A DNA stretch of 64,000 nt, taken from positions 31,186,001 through 31,250,000 of the forward strand of contig CM097883.1 in assembly GCA_044892505.1 (NCBI GenBank), in the 5' to 3' direction. The notes below the pieces were generated by a model. The model had not been told where the DNA came from. It did not search any database and saw only the letters and a list, made by a program, of their open reading frames with translations. Of the stretch, positions 1 through 14,214 are shown piece by piece. The translations under genes were made by a program, and so were the position numbers. How positions within the stretch are numbered: the stretch's first letter is position 1; every line of letters starts with the position of its first letter. The DNA is from Schmidtea nova (Eukaryota).

Positions 1-3000
1 TCAAGTAAATTATTCAAGTGAAGCCGAAGAGAAATACGAAGAAATGCAATACCCAAACGAGGAAGCTCCATCACAGGAGGCGATGATCGGAGCCATTTAT
101 TAGGTAATTTTGATTTTGATGAAAATGCTGGTTATAATAATTTAAATAATTTGAATAATGTTTTATTATAATAAATTTTAATAATAATAAATGAAGTGTG
201 TATTTTAATAATAAAATAGAAATTAATTTAATAGAAATAAAATAAAATAGAAATAATAATAAAATAGAAATTAATTTAATTTCTATTTTAATAAGTGTGT
301 ATTTTAATAATAATAATTTAAATAATGTAAATAATTTTAATTTTGTTAGTAAAGATTTATGTAATAATATTGATAATAAAACTAATTTTAATGTTTATAA
401 AAGTGGCAGTATAGATCAGAAAAATGAAAACAGAAAACTAATGTGTAGCGATGAAAGAACTGGAGAAAAAGTATATAGATTCCTAAAAAAGACATTTGAT
501 ATGAATGAAGATAAGATTATGTGGATTAATGAAATTTCCGATAGTATAAAGAATAAAGTGGAACAAAATATATTTACAAAAGATGAATGGAGAAGACCTC
601 GTATGACTTATCATAAAATGCAAGGTAGACCAAGTATAACACTTGAAATTCAGGGCCGCAGAATTGAGTGTCTGTTAGATACAGGAGCACGAATTAATGT
701 TATGTCTAAAGCGGTACTGGATAAACTGGACAAAGTCGAGATAATAAAAACAGATGAAATGCTAAGGTGTGCAAATGACAGTAAATTGGAGACTATCGGT
801 AAAATTCAAATTGATGTAAAGATAGGGAAACTAACAAAAATAGTGACCTTTACTGTAGTCCAAAATATTGTCCCAGATGTTTTTGGAGGTGTAGAATTAC
901 AGAAACAATTCGGTATTGAATTAAGATGGATTCAAGAGGATGAAATAATATATAACGAACGTATATGTGAAATTGATGCTAAATTTGGGAGGAATATTAC
1001 AAATGAAGAAAGATTCCAATATGCGATAGAGAAGTTGAAAGTAAAAGAAGATAAATTCCTTTTAGAAATTATCAAGAGAAATAAATGTGTTTTCATGGCT
1101 GACAAGTGGGATATTGGATGCACTGATTTAATTGAACATAAAATTGAAACAACTGGTGGACCAATAATGATAAAGCCAAGAAGACAGCCTATAAACTTGG
1201 AAGAGAAAATAAACATGGCCATTAAAAATCTGGAAGATAATAATATTATAAGGAAGTGTAATTCACCTTGGAACACCTAATTAGTGTGCGTTTGTAAAAA
1301 AGAAAAGAAGGATATCAGACTTTGTTTGGACTTTAGACAACTTAACAAAATTACTGAAAGGCAAGCGTTCCCGATGCCCAATGTCGAGGAGATCTTAGAT
1401 GCTTTGCATGGAACTAGATATTTTAGTTCCATTGACCTTGGAAATGCATACTATCAGGTAAGATTGGATAGAGAATCACAGGAGAAAACAGCTTTTTCAA
1501 CGAAAGAGGGACAATTCTGTTTTAATCGAATGCCGTTTGGTATCGCAGCAACACCAGGCACTTTTCAAGAGCTCATGACGAAGATATTAAAAGATTTATG
1601 GAAAGACGGAGTAATGGTTTATTTGGACGATATATTAATTTTTACGAATACAATGGAAGAAAACTATAAACTGCTGGAAAGAGTATTGAAGAAAATTGCG
1701 GATGCTCAACTAAGAATTAACCCAGAAAAATGTCAAATACTGAAAAGTGAAGTGAAATTCTTAGGCCATATTATAAATGATGGCGGCATTCAAACTGATC
1801 AAAGCAAAATTGAAGCTATTCAATCATTCCAAAGGCCAAAATGTGTGAAAAAGTTAAGAAGTTTCTTGGGAATTTGCAACTATTATCGAAGATTTATTAA
1901 AGACTACGCAAAGAAGTCAAGAGCTTTAGAGAGTATATGTGGTAAAAATAGCGACAAAATAATTTGGAATGAAAATTGTGAGCAGGCTTTTGAGAATATG
2001 AAATTGGCATTGATAACCGCACCGATCTTGGTATTTCCAGATTTTAAGAAAGAATTCATATTGGATACGGACGCAAGTTTTGATACGATTGGCGCAGTCT
2101 TATCACAGAAAGATGACAGGGGATATGAGCAAGTTATCGCATATGGATCACATGCGATGAATGATCACGAAAAGGGTTATTGTATTACAAGAAAAGAACT
2201 TCTGGCTATATACTATTTTTGTCGACATTTCAACCACTATTTATATAGAAAAAGATTCACACTACGTACAGATCATAAGGCAATAACATTTATGCTAACA
2301 ACAAAGAAGCCAATTTCAGCTCAATTCCAGACCTGGATAAACTATTTAAGCAGCCTTGATATAAAAATGGAATTTAGAAAAGGCACATTACACGCTAACG
2401 CAGACATGTTATCGAGGAAAACGTGTGGCACATGTGTGCAATGCCTTATGAATCACGATAATCCTAAAATAGGAAGAATGAAAACCAGATTGTTAAATAT
2501 AATGACTGAAGGGAAAGGAGAAGAATGGCAAAGAAATAGTGAAGAAATAGAGGACATTAAAAATAAAATAAGAACTCAACCAAGTAAAAGGTTTATAATA
2601 GAAGATAACATTATTTATACCAAAGGAAAAAGAATATGGATACCAGAAAGTAAAAGAAGAGAAATGATTAAGAAAACACATTTATTATTATGTCATGCCG
2701 GAGTTGATAAAGTTATCAAATACATCCAAAACAATTTTGATATGAGAGATTTAATAAATGAGGTAATAACAACAATATCAAACTGTGAATCGTGCCAAAA
2801 AGTTAAAGTTGTAACTACAAAGATGAAAGAGAAACCAAAAGTACTTGAAGCATCAGAACCTTTCGAGAAAATATATATGGACATCTGTGGCCCAATGAAA
2901 GAAACATTTAACAGGAAAAGATACATTTGCGAAATAATGGACCATTACAGTAAATACATTTCGCTAACAGCAATAAATAAACAGGATGAAGAGACAATTG

Positions 3001-3910
3001 GGAAGATATTGTTAAACAATTGGATTCTAAAGTTTGGGGCACCCTAGGAACTACATGTAGATTACGGAAAAACATTCGAAGCGAATAGCATAAAGAACAT
3101 AAGCAAGAAAGCAGGGATCGAAATAGTGTATTCGAGTCCATATCATCATAATACGAATGGTATAGTAGAAAGACAATTCCGGACAATAAGAGATTTTATT
3201 AATGCATCGCTGAAAGACGGAAATGCAAAAGACTGGGCAGATCTTATTCCAGATATAGAATATACACTCAACGCAACAATCCAAAAAACAACGGGAGTAA
3301 GTCCAGCTGAAATTGTTTTTGGTAGGAGAATTGATAGATTGAAATGGTATAGTGACAGTAGAATCAACAGAAAAGAAATAGCATTGAAAATTGAAAGTAA
3401 AAGACTAAATGACGAAACACCAACTGCAAGGAAGTTGGAAGTAGGAGACAAAGTGTTAATCAAACGAGAAATTCGAAACAAGGATCAAGATAGGTATGAA
3501 GGACCATACACGGTAACAAGACGAATACACGACCGTAGTTATGAGCTGAGAAATAAATATGAAAAGTCTTTAATCAGGAATATTGAAAAGATTAAAGAAT
3601 TTAAAGAAGGGGGATGAAAGGGAATAATTCACGTTTAAATTAAAATTGCTAATAAACATTTAAATTGTATTTGTCAGATTTCATAAATTTTTATTTAAAC
3701 ATCTTAAATTAATTAATTAAATTAATCTTAAAATATATGTTATTTCTTATTTGAAAATTATCCAGCATTTGAATCAATATCAGAATTAAAGAAGAATAGC
3801 CTTCAAGTTTTTGTTTAAATATTTGGAAAACAAAAGCGAAGTTTTGAATTTAATAAATTTTGTTGCTGATTTGATTTTTTAATGGATGCCGAAAACGAAT
3901 TTGAGATCGT
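1..3910 (+). mobile_element. Ty3/Gypsy LTR retrotransposon, partial (5' end outside window, 3' LTR truncated)
   Basis: PR-RT-RH-IN domain order, then a polypurine tract (AAAGAAGGGGGA, 3603-3614) and a TG start of the 3' LTR at 3615. No LTR-terminal CA found before PolB sequence begins near 3910. Confidence 0.9.
297..3617 (+). pseudogene. pol: Gypsy pol polyprotein with two in-frame nonsense codons
   Basis: ORFs 297-1280, 1284-3047 and 3126-3617 share one frame, split by TAA (1278-1280) and TAG (3045-3047). Motifs: protease LLDTGA, RT YLDD, RNase H DTDAS...ELLAI...TDHKA, integrase HxxxxH/CxxC, YMDICGP and NGIVERQFRTI, C-terminal VGDKVLI...YEGPY. Confidence 0.93.
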
Positions 3911-5560
3911 TGCTGCTAATAGGGACTATTATTACTTCAAAAGGCATATTCCCATATAATTTTGCAACGTCTTTAGAGGTTTTACAAAATACATACGAGT
4001 TGCCACCAATTTGGGAGGGAGTTAATATTGATGAGTATGAAAAAGCTCAACATATATGGGATGAATTTAATTGTGAAACATTGTTTTATTATATGATGTT
4101 ATACCTGAAATTGGATGTTTTCTTACTTGCCGACTTTTTTCAGCAATTTAGAGCAAAATCCATTACACATAATCGACTTGAGCCTCTTAATTTCTAGGGA
4201 ATTCCAGGCATGTCATGAAGTTACGCTTTGATGACTTTGAAATCTCCTATCGAATTGCTTCAAGATATGGAGATGTATAATTTTTTCGAAGGGGGGATCC
4301 GTGGTGGGTTAACATTTGTTAATAAACACCACGTAGTATCCTCCGACGACACTGATCTTCTTTATATAGATATAAATAATTTATATGGGTGGGCTTTAAG
4401 CCAAAAACTACCTTATAAAGAATTTAAATGGGTACCTGATAGGGAAAAATAAATAAAATAATTTATTACTGTGAATCTGCTGATTTAGAAGTATTAACAT
4501 TTGGGTTTACAATCGAAGTTGATTTAGAAATTCCTGATTCGATTCACGACAAGCTGGATGATTTGCCAGTTGCCTCTGAAAAGATGTGTCCACCTGGCTC
4601 AAAGGTTGAGAAGTTGATGCTTACGCATTTTCCCAAGAAGAACTATGTTCTTCATTGGAGACTTCTCAAACTTTTTCTTTCTCTTGGAGTAAAAATAACT
4701 CATGTCCATAGGGCAATTAAATTTAAAAAATCATGTATTTTTAAGGATTACATCGATACCAATACCAGACTTAGAGCAGAATCAAGTTATGCTCTGGGTA
4801 AAAATTATTATAAATTATTAAATAATAGTCTTTACGGTAAAACCGTAGAGAATCTTAAAAAGCGCATAAATTCGGCTTCTAGGCTGATTACATATACTTC
4901 AAAGCCAACTTTCAAAAGGACTTTCGAAATTGACGATCATTTGGTTGCCGTCTTACTGAATAAAGATTCGGTGTGTTTGGATAGACCTAGCTACATTGGT
5001 CAAACTGTACTGGATCTATCTAAACTTAGAATGTACCAGCTGCAGTATGAAGAGTTACAAAAATATCGTAACGAATTCAACTGTGAAATCAACATTGTAG
5101 CCGGTGACACCGATTCATCTTTTCTTGAGATTAGAAATTGTAAGCTTGATATTCTTTTACCGGCCACGATAAGAGATAACTTACTTGACACTACTAATTA
5201 TGATCCAAATCACCCATTATACAGTAGGAACCTTGATCCTGTCATTGGGAAATTCAAAGACGAGAATAAAGGGCTCAAGTACAAGGAGTGAGTGTTTCTT
5301 AGACCAAAGTGTTATAGTCTTTTAGGTGACGAGGAAACTAATAAAGCTAAGGTGGCAAAATTGGCGGGTACTGACATAAAGCATCAGTCGTACCTGGACT
5401 GTTTATAATAACCAAATATTTTCTGTTCCCCAAACGAGAATCACAAGTAAAAATCACCAACGTTTTACTATAAAAATGAAAAGTATGCACTGACTAACGC
5501 AGATGATAAAAAGAAATGGGTTGCGAAAAACAAAAGTTTGGCATATGGCCTTTATATGGG
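3910..5560 (+). pseudogene. polB: Degenerate protein-primed family B DNA polymerase fragment (Polinton/Maverick type)
   Basis: Motifs YLKLDVFLLAD, YIDINNLYG, KLLNNSLYGK and AGDTDS, with several stops (4195, 4216, 5289) and frameshifts. Homologous to, but diverged from, the PolB at 33306-35270. Confidence 0.9.
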
Positions 5561-6639
5561 GGTGACTTGGTTATATTTCAACAAACCGATCCCAGAATCA
5601 ATCCAGATCAGCAATTCCAAGATCAAACTGAAAAAGAAACAGTTTTATTTAAATAAAATTTGCTGAAAAACTTTGTTTTTTAATTATTTAGTTATAGATC
5701 TAACAGATTAGTTTCACTCTGTTTTTATAATTTGGGTAATAGTTTTTAGAAACTATGGTTATGTCATAGAAATAATAGTAATATTAATAATAAATTTAAA
5801 AAAATAAATAATTAGTTTAATATTTATCGTATTTCAACATGTGATATATTCTTATAATATTTGAGTAGTGCTTTCATTGAACGTTTATCATTGAAGTGTT
5901 TCAAAATTTATAATAACAATAATAAATTATACTAACAAAAGTAAATTAATAATATTTAAAAAATAAATAAATAATCTAAAAAAATTAATTAATAAAAAAA
6001 ATTAAAAAAAAATAATAATAAATTAATAAATTAATAATAAAATAAAAATAATAATAAAAAATTCCAAACATTAAAAAAACACACTTTAAAAATGGCGCCA
6101 AAAAACGCGCGATAACTCATACGGATCCAGACAGCTCACGTTCTCCTATTCTGTAAATCTATTATTAAAATTTGTTGCGATGTTACAATAGTAACTTGAA
6201 TCTTACAATAATATGATTAATAAAACAAAACAATACGTTACCTTATTCTTATAATTGTCAATTATGATAAATTATGTGAATTGTTTGTTTTAATTCACTG
6301 TCAATGAGAAATTTCTTCATCGTAAATCGTCAGGAATGATTTATAGTTCTTCTCAAACATTTTGTTTCTGACGTATTTGCGTTGTGGAGGTTCAACTGAT
6401 TTAGGGATTTTGTTCAGTTTTATTAAGAAATTTAATCGTTTCTCTATTTGCACTTGTTTTACACAATTCACGTAATACGAGAGAAAAAAATTAGTCGGTT
6501 TATTATAAAATATTTAAAAGCGGAAATTAATTTTCTAATTAACCTTCACTACGCGGGGTACAATTGTATCCCATAATTCTTGCTATTTAAACAATTTGTT
6601 AAATATTAGTGATGCCCATCTGATATTTATTGTAATCTA

Positions 6640-7960
6640 TTTATGGTAATATTTATTGTAATTTTTATTGTAATATTTATTGTAATATTTATTGTAATAT
6701 TTATTGTAATATTTATTGTAATATTTATTGTAATATTTATTGTTATATTTATTGTAATATTTATTGTAATATTTATTGTAATATTTATTGTAATATTTAT
6801 TGTAATCTATTTATTGTAATATTTATTGTAATATTTATTGTAATATTTATTGTAATATTTATTGTAATATTTATCGTAATATTTATTGTAATATTTATTG
6901 TAATATTTATTGTAATATTTATTGTAATATTTATTGTAATATTTATTGTAATATTTATTGTAATATTTATTGTAATATTTATTGTAATATTTATTGTAAT
7001 ATTTATTGTAATATTTATTGTAATATTTATTGTAATATTTATTGTAATATTTATTGTAATATTTATTGTAATATTTATTGTAATATTTATTGTAATATTT
7101 ATTGTAATATTTACTGTAATATTTACTGTAATATTTATTGTAATATTTATTGTAATATTTATTGTAATATTTATTGTTATATTTATTGTAATATTTATTG
7201 TAATATTTATTGTTATATTTATTGTAATATTTATTGTAATATTTATTGTTATATTTATTGTAATATTTATTGTAATATTTATTGTAATATTTATTGTAAT
7301 ATTTATTGTAATATTTATTGTAATATTTATTGTAATATTTATTGTAATATTTATTGTAATATTTATTGTAATATTTATTGTAATATTTATTGTAATATTT
7401 ATTGTAATATTTATTGTAATATTTATTGTAATATTTATTGTTATATTTATTGTAATATTTATTGTAATATTTATTGTAATATTTATTGTTATATTTATTG
7501 TAATATTTATTGTAATATTTATTGTAATATTTATTGTAATATTTATTGTAATATTTATTGTAATATTTATTATAAAATTTATTGTAATATTTATTGTAAT
7601 ATTTATTGTAATATTTATTGTAATATTTATTGTAATATTTATTGTAATATTTATTGTAATATTTATTGTAATATTTATTGTAATATTTATTGTTATATTT
7701 ATTGTAATATTTATTGTAATATTTATTGTAATATTTATTGTTATATTTATTGTAATATTTATTGTAATATTTATTATAAAATTTATTGTAATATTTATTG
7801 TAATATTTATTGTAATATTTATTGTAATATTTATTGTAATATTTATTGTAATATTTTTTGTAATATTTATTGTAATATTTATTATAAAATTTATTGTAAT
7901 ATTTATTGTAATATTTATTGTAATATTTATTATAAAATTTATTGTAATAATTATTGTAAT
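6640..7960. repeat. 12-bp minisatellite (ATTTATTGTAAT)n, about 110 copies
   Basis: Read directly from the sequence. Recurrent variants ATTTATTGTTAT and ATTTATTATAAA. Confidence 0.97.
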
Positions 7961-8609
7961 CTATTTATTTTAATCTATTTTCTAATTCTTTTAATTTCTC
8001 GTTATCAAGTTCATTTTTTTAAATTCGAATTTTTTAAAATCTATTATTTTTTATTTCCGTGTCAATTCTTATGGTTATTTCTTAACTATAATAATTGAAT
8101 TTTTTCGAAATTTTAAATTTTATTATTTCATTATAATTATTATAATTATTTCTATTATTACTACGTCTATCACTGTTTCTGACCCCATTATCATCAATAG
8201 TCGCCCTACCACAAATAACGACAAAATCAACCACAACCGTAACAACTATATATTTTTCAAATTGCCATCGCAACGAAATCCACAATGCATAGGGGGGTCT
8301 AAACTAAATTATCCCAATCAACAAAAATAAAAATAGATTAGAGTGTGTACACTATGGTTATCCCAAGAGATATACTGTGTACGTCCACATTGGTTCTATA
8401 TATCTGTGATCTTTGGCCTACATCAAAAGTGAGCACGCATATCACACTTTGTGACCGCGCCTACCAATTATTTACCTGTGATGATAGAAGGTGACTTTGT
8501 GTTCTACCTTATTTTAACCGGAATTGGTCTCTTACTTGTGCACATTTTCAATTTAACTTTTCACTGTAACTTTAATAAAAAGTATTAATTTTTTAATTTT
8601 GCCACAACG

Positions 8610-9350
8610 TTTTGAGCTGGGGATTTTTGTTTAGGAAAGTTTTGGTCGATCTTTGAACGTGAGTTAGTCGCCCACTATGTTTTTGGCACGGATCTTTTCT
8701 ATAGAAAAACTTTGGTCAACCTTTTTTACGGGAAATTAGGTCCTGATAATTTTTGTGCATTTTCTAGTCTCAGATTTTCTCTGGCAAAAAGGGACTCTTG
8801 GTTTTTTGAACAGGGATCTTTGGTCTGATAATTTGAATATGATTTTTGATCTCAGTATTTTTGTTTTGGAATTTTGGTCCTGATATTTTGAATAGTATTT
8901 TCAACTCTCAGAATTTTTCAGGGCAAGAAAGGGACTCTCAGTATTTTTGAACAAGAACTTTAAGTCTGGGTTTTTTCAATAGGGAAGTTTGGTCGGTAAT
9001 TTTGAATACGATTTTTTGGTCTCAGTATTTTCTTTTCGGAGTTTTGGCCCCAATATTTTGAACATAATTTTCAATTCCCAGATTTTCCTCATGCCAAAAT
9101 TAACTCTGGGTATTTTGTACAGGTATTTTTTGTCTGGTATTTTTTAAACATTGATTTTTCAACTCCAACAATTATTTTCAGTCAAAAAGGGTCCTTTTGA
9201 ACTGAAATATAAATTTTAATGCTAAATAAAAACACGTGTAAATTTTCTAAACAAGTAAAATACATTGAAATATTTTTAAAAAGGATTTTCAACTCCCACA
9301 ATTTCTAAGGCAAAAAGAGACTCTGGTAATTTTGAACTGAAATTTTAAAT
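8610..9350. repeat. Degenerate tandem repeat region
   Basis: Recurring motifs TTTTCAACTC, GGCAAAAAGGGACTCT, TTTTGAAC and TTTGGTC. Confidence 0.5.
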
Positions 9351-9636
9351 AAAGATTTAAGTAAAGGTTATTAAACACGTGGTTAAATTGAAATAGTCAA
9401 GAAAACATGGAGAATTTTACAAAGACAAATGACATAATTTTTAAAACTTAATGTAAAGAAAGGTTAAAAATAAGGCAATGGGAAAGTTGAAATGACATAA
9501 TATTTAAACATTAGTAAAAAAGGGTAAAATTAAGTCAAACAGAGAGTCGAAATGATATAAAATGAAATTTTAAAAACTAAAAACTAAATTTTTTGGGTAA
9601 CCTCAGAGCGGGTAAATTTAAAATTTAATTTATTTT

Positions 9637-12600
9637 ATAGTAAAATTAATTTATTATGAAATGAAATTTTTAACTAAATTTTTCAAAATACAACGTTGAT
9701 ATTTATTTAATAAATTCTTTAACAAAATCAAATAATAAAAGTAAATAACAATTAAATTACAAAGACTAAAATTTAACTGCTTCTTTACCAATTAATTCAA
9801 AATTTATAGACTCAGTAAATAAAGAGCAACTGCCTTATTAAAACAACAAACTCAATTCCCCCAGTTAACAAACAAACCAACTACTTAACAACAATTTCTC
9901 TGTATTGATCAACTACTTTTACAGATTATCCAACTAGTTCTACACATCTGCCAACTTATCACTCTATACACACTAACCAGTCAGCAACAAAATCCTTACA
10001 CACCGACTAGTTCTATTCAATAATCCTATACCAACAATCAAGCGATCAACTATCTCTCAATCTCACTACACACAAATCAACAACTAACTAGTTACTGATC
10101 AAATACTTACTGATTCTATCCACAATCAACTAGTTTAATCACTTAATCGAATACCAACTGACTCTATATATTAATCAAATAAATCTTCACTCTAAGAAAA
10201 TTAATCCACGTATCAATTATCTCTTCCTATTAAGAGGATATCGACTAATTCAAACTCATATCCTCTCAGTTAAAAACCAAGCAAAGTACTTACACACCAA
10301 CTTGTTCTACACATCAACCATCTAGTTCTTCACATTAACTAACTAAACTAACTAAGCATATATCAATCTGCAAATGCTTTACACTATCATCAAATATTAT
10401 ATTGACAAATAAGTATGTATTTAGTGAACTACATCAAAAGAGGGAATTCTTAGAATTCATTGTATTCAAAGTCAATACATTGAAAAGCTTTTAAAGATGA
10501 AAATAAGACTTTGATGTAACATTCATTCGAATGGTGATTTTATTAAGGGAAACACTATTCAGATTGATTATGGCTGTAGTTGAAAATACATAAATTATCA
10601 TTCAGAATTTCACTGATAAGAGGTTAATTCATTGAAAGTGGGATAGTCAATTGAAAAGGTATATCTATTGGATGAGAGTCAAACCATTAAAAAGTAGATG
10701 ACAAAGACCATTCTGTTATTGTTTTAACTTTTCAAAGTTTCTTGTTCTATTAAAAGTTTTCATCCAATAACACAATATTTCAAAAATAATTTCCGATATT
10801 CTTATCATAATAACTAGTAGCATAACCTGTCTAGTAGAACCTTTAGTAACATAACCGATTTTGTGATGGTTTTTACCTGCAAAAGCTTCACATTGTATTT
10901 TCACTAATATACCATTATTGTTAAATTTTTAATGCCAATTATATCAAGTATCAAAAACTTTCTAACAGAACCCTGGTCTCAGAACCCTAGTATCAGGACC
11001 TTGGTATAAAGAGTGAATTAATGAAAGAACATGTTATTGAATGAGTGATTTCATCAGCAAAATTGATTATTTTCACTGAATGTATTGATCTGTGTGTGAA
11101 TATATTGGAAATATTTGATTGGTTAATTCTTATAAAACTGAGTGAATTGAGGAGTTTTTTTACATTGTGATAATAAATTGTATCATTTCATTTAAAGTGA
11201 AAGAATTATAAAAAGAAAATGACTAAAAGTGATATTTTATTGAGTAAATCGGTAAAATTGATTTGAAAATATTAAAGGGGACATCAAAATTCTATTAAAA
11301 TTCCATTGAAGACTAATTCATAAAGAGGGATTAATGCAATGAAGTGAGTTAATTCATATGAAAGAATGCTTATCCTGAAGGATTTAAATGGTTAATTCTT
11401 TAAATGTAAAATCTCTTAGAAAATCTGTTCATAAAGAAATTTTATAGAAAGAAAGTAACTTATTCAACAAAGGGGATTAATTCTTTAAAGAATGTCCATC
11501 TATTCAATTGAATCCAATAAAAATAAGAAGTATGTTTAAATTTGTCAATCATTAATGTATATATGATTCAATGGGGGGGGGGGGGCTAAATGAGAGAAAT
11601 TGGTTCAAAGGAGTAATCTATTATAAAAGAGTTAATTTTCATCAGGAAATATCATGAAAATGGATGAAATTTATAGAAATTCAGATTTTAAGTAAATAGT
11701 TTGTGATAACTTTGAATTGATATCATTTAAATTAACAGACTGAATATTTACCAGAATCAATTTGAACAATTAATAATAAGTATTTTAATTAAAAATCAAT
11801 AAAAAGATTATTAATTGGTTATCATTTTAATATGTTTAACTATTTATTAGGGTTCTGATAATGTTTTTTAAAATAATTATAGATGTTGGTTATCAAGTGA
11901 AGAATTAGATTGACAATGATTTCAATAGAGCTTTGTTTTAAAATCATTTGTATTTTAAATATATTCTAAATGTTAACAACTTTATTTAATAAAGATTTCA
12001 TTTTAACAACATGGTTATTCGTATATTCTTTTTTAAAAAAATAATCAACTAAACATTAATTCAAAAATTAATTCAATTTAAGTAATAAATTAACTTTTAT
12101 ATCATGATATTTAAAATCAATTAGTTTCATGCAAAATTTGCTTTACAATAACTTTGATTATAAAATTTTGACTTTTTCAGATTTCTAAGTAATAATATCG
12201 CTTTTATAATAGATTTCTAAAGCCTTTTAATACACGACAGTAATTCCAGGGAATATCTGGTTGACTCATTGACAATTAGTTGGTTGAAATATATTAAAAT
12301 AGAGTCAGTTTGTAGATTGACTTAGTCGATATCTACTTAAAAAGCAGAGATACTTGATTGGCATGTGGAACAATTTTCTTAATTAGTTGTTTAATACATA
12401 GAATCTATTGGTATTTGACCAGTAACTAGTCTGTTGTTGATTTGTTAATAGTGATATTTGGTATCTGATTTGATGATTTAACTATTTGATTGTGGATAGA
12501 GTCAGTTAGTATTTGATCAAAGACTATTCGGTTGTAGCTTTATGTGTGTGTAATGAAACTGTTTGTTAGTTGATTGGTTGATTGATATAGGATTGATGAA

Positions 12601-14210
12601 TAGAACTAGTTGGTTGGTGTAGAAATAGTTGATCAATGTGAAGAAGTAGTTTGGAAGTAGGGAATTGATTTCTGGTTAACATGTATAGTTAATTAGTTGG
12701 TTAATGTAGTTAGTTGGCATATGATTTATGAATAGAATAAGTTGGTTGATGTAACAAATTAGTTGGTAAGTAAGTACTTGGTTGCTTATAATTATGAAAT
12801 GAGTAGTTAGTTTAGTTGGTATATGATTAATGAATATAATTAGTAAGTTGATGTGTAGAACTAGTTAATCAATGTGAAGAAGTAGTTGGTATGTAAGTAC
12901 TTGGCTAATTAGTGTGTATATATAGGGGGTAGTTTGATGGTTGGTATAGGATTATTGATTAGAACTAATTTTATAGTAGGGAGAACTACTTGGTTAATGT
13001 CTAGAAGTAACTAGGAAGTAAGAAATAGATTTAGTTAGTTAATGTGAAGAATTAGTTGGTTGATGTGTAGAACAAGTTGGTGTGTAAGTACTTTGTTTGA
13101 TTTTTAACTCAGAGGATGAGTTTGAATTAGTCGATATCCTGTTAATAGGAAGAGATAATTGATACGTGGATCAATTTTCTTAGAGTGAAGATTAATTTGA
13201 TTAATATATAGAGTCAGTTGGTATTCGATTAAGTGATTAAACTAGTTGATTGTGGATAGAATCAGTTAGTATTTGATCAGTAACTAGTTAGTTGTTGATT
13301 TGTGTGTAGTGAGATTGAGAGATAGGTTGGTATAGGATTGGTATAGAGATTAGTATAGAGATTGGTTGGTATATGATTATTGAATAGAAATAGTTGGTGA
13401 GTAAGGATTTTGTTGCTGACTGGTTAGTGTGTATAGCAGTGTTTCTCAGACTTTTCTCGCTCGCGGCACACTAAAAAATTTAAAAAAGCTCGCGGTACAC
13501 CTGCCCAAAAATCAAAGATTTTTACTAATTTTTTGATTTTTCAATGATATTTAAAAAAGCTACTTTTAGTTTATTGAAAAATTTATAATATCGATTTTAA
13601 TTATTGTAAATTTCGTGACGAATACTGCTAATGAAAGAAGAGAAATCATGTTCTTTAAATTCTAATAAAAGTGCAAAATTTAAAAAATTGGATATTCTTT
13701 ATAAATAAGTTTTTATTTTTTGTGTACTTCTCTCTTTGTGAAATTTTTTGTAATTTTGATCCACAGAAGCGACTTTTTCATAGTAAAAAGCTTGATATAG
13801 TTTTTGCAAATTTTTTTATTACTAACTTTTTTTGGAAAAAGTCTCGCGGCACACTAGTGTGCCGTGGCACACCGTTTGAGAAACACTGGTGTATAGAGTG
13901 GTAAGTTGGCAGATGTGTAGAACTAGTTGGTTAATCTGTAGATGTAGTTGATCAATGTGGAAAAATTGTTGGTAAGTACTTGGTTTGTTTGTTAACTGGG
14001 GGAATTGAGTTTGTTGTTTGAATTAGGCAGTTGCTATTTATTTACCTTTATTAATTGGTTAGGAAGCACTTTATTTTTAGTATTTGTAATTTAATTGTTA
14101 TTTATTATTATTATTTGATTTCATTAAAAAATTTATTAAATACATATCAACGTTGTATTTTGAAAAATTTAGTTAAAAATTTCATTTCATAATAAATTAT
14201 TTTACTTTAA
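9637..14210. mobile_element. Foldback-like element with ~720-bp inverted arms
   Basis: 9637-10350 is the reverse complement of 13030-14210 once the MITE at 13437-13888 is removed. More diverged arm-like copies at ~12240-13030. No coding capacity or TSD identified. Confidence 0.6.
13437..13888. mobile_element. hAT (Charlie-like) MITE
   Basis: TIR CAGTGTTTCTCA / TGAGAAACACTG. Exact 8-bp TSD GTGTATAG (13429-13436, 13889-13896). The left foldback arm preserves the empty site. Confidence 0.93.
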
Positions 14211-14214
14211 ATTC

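Noticed and set aside
1278-3047. Programmed stop-codon readthrough in Gypsy pol
   Set aside because: Both stops fall inside conserved RT and integrase sequence, not at a gag-pol boundary, so they are ordinary nonsense mutations.
932-5191. Minus-strand ORFs over Gypsy and polB (also those within 31637-33967 and 51774-53033)
   Set aside because: Antisense shadows of real coding sequence with no recognisable domains.
6640-7960. CRISPR-like array or coding repeat (several frames are stop-free, e.g. IVIF, YNKY)
   Set aside because: Head-to-tail 12-mers with no spacers in a eukaryotic context. Stop-free frames are trivial for a 12-bp unit, and there is no start codon or splice support.
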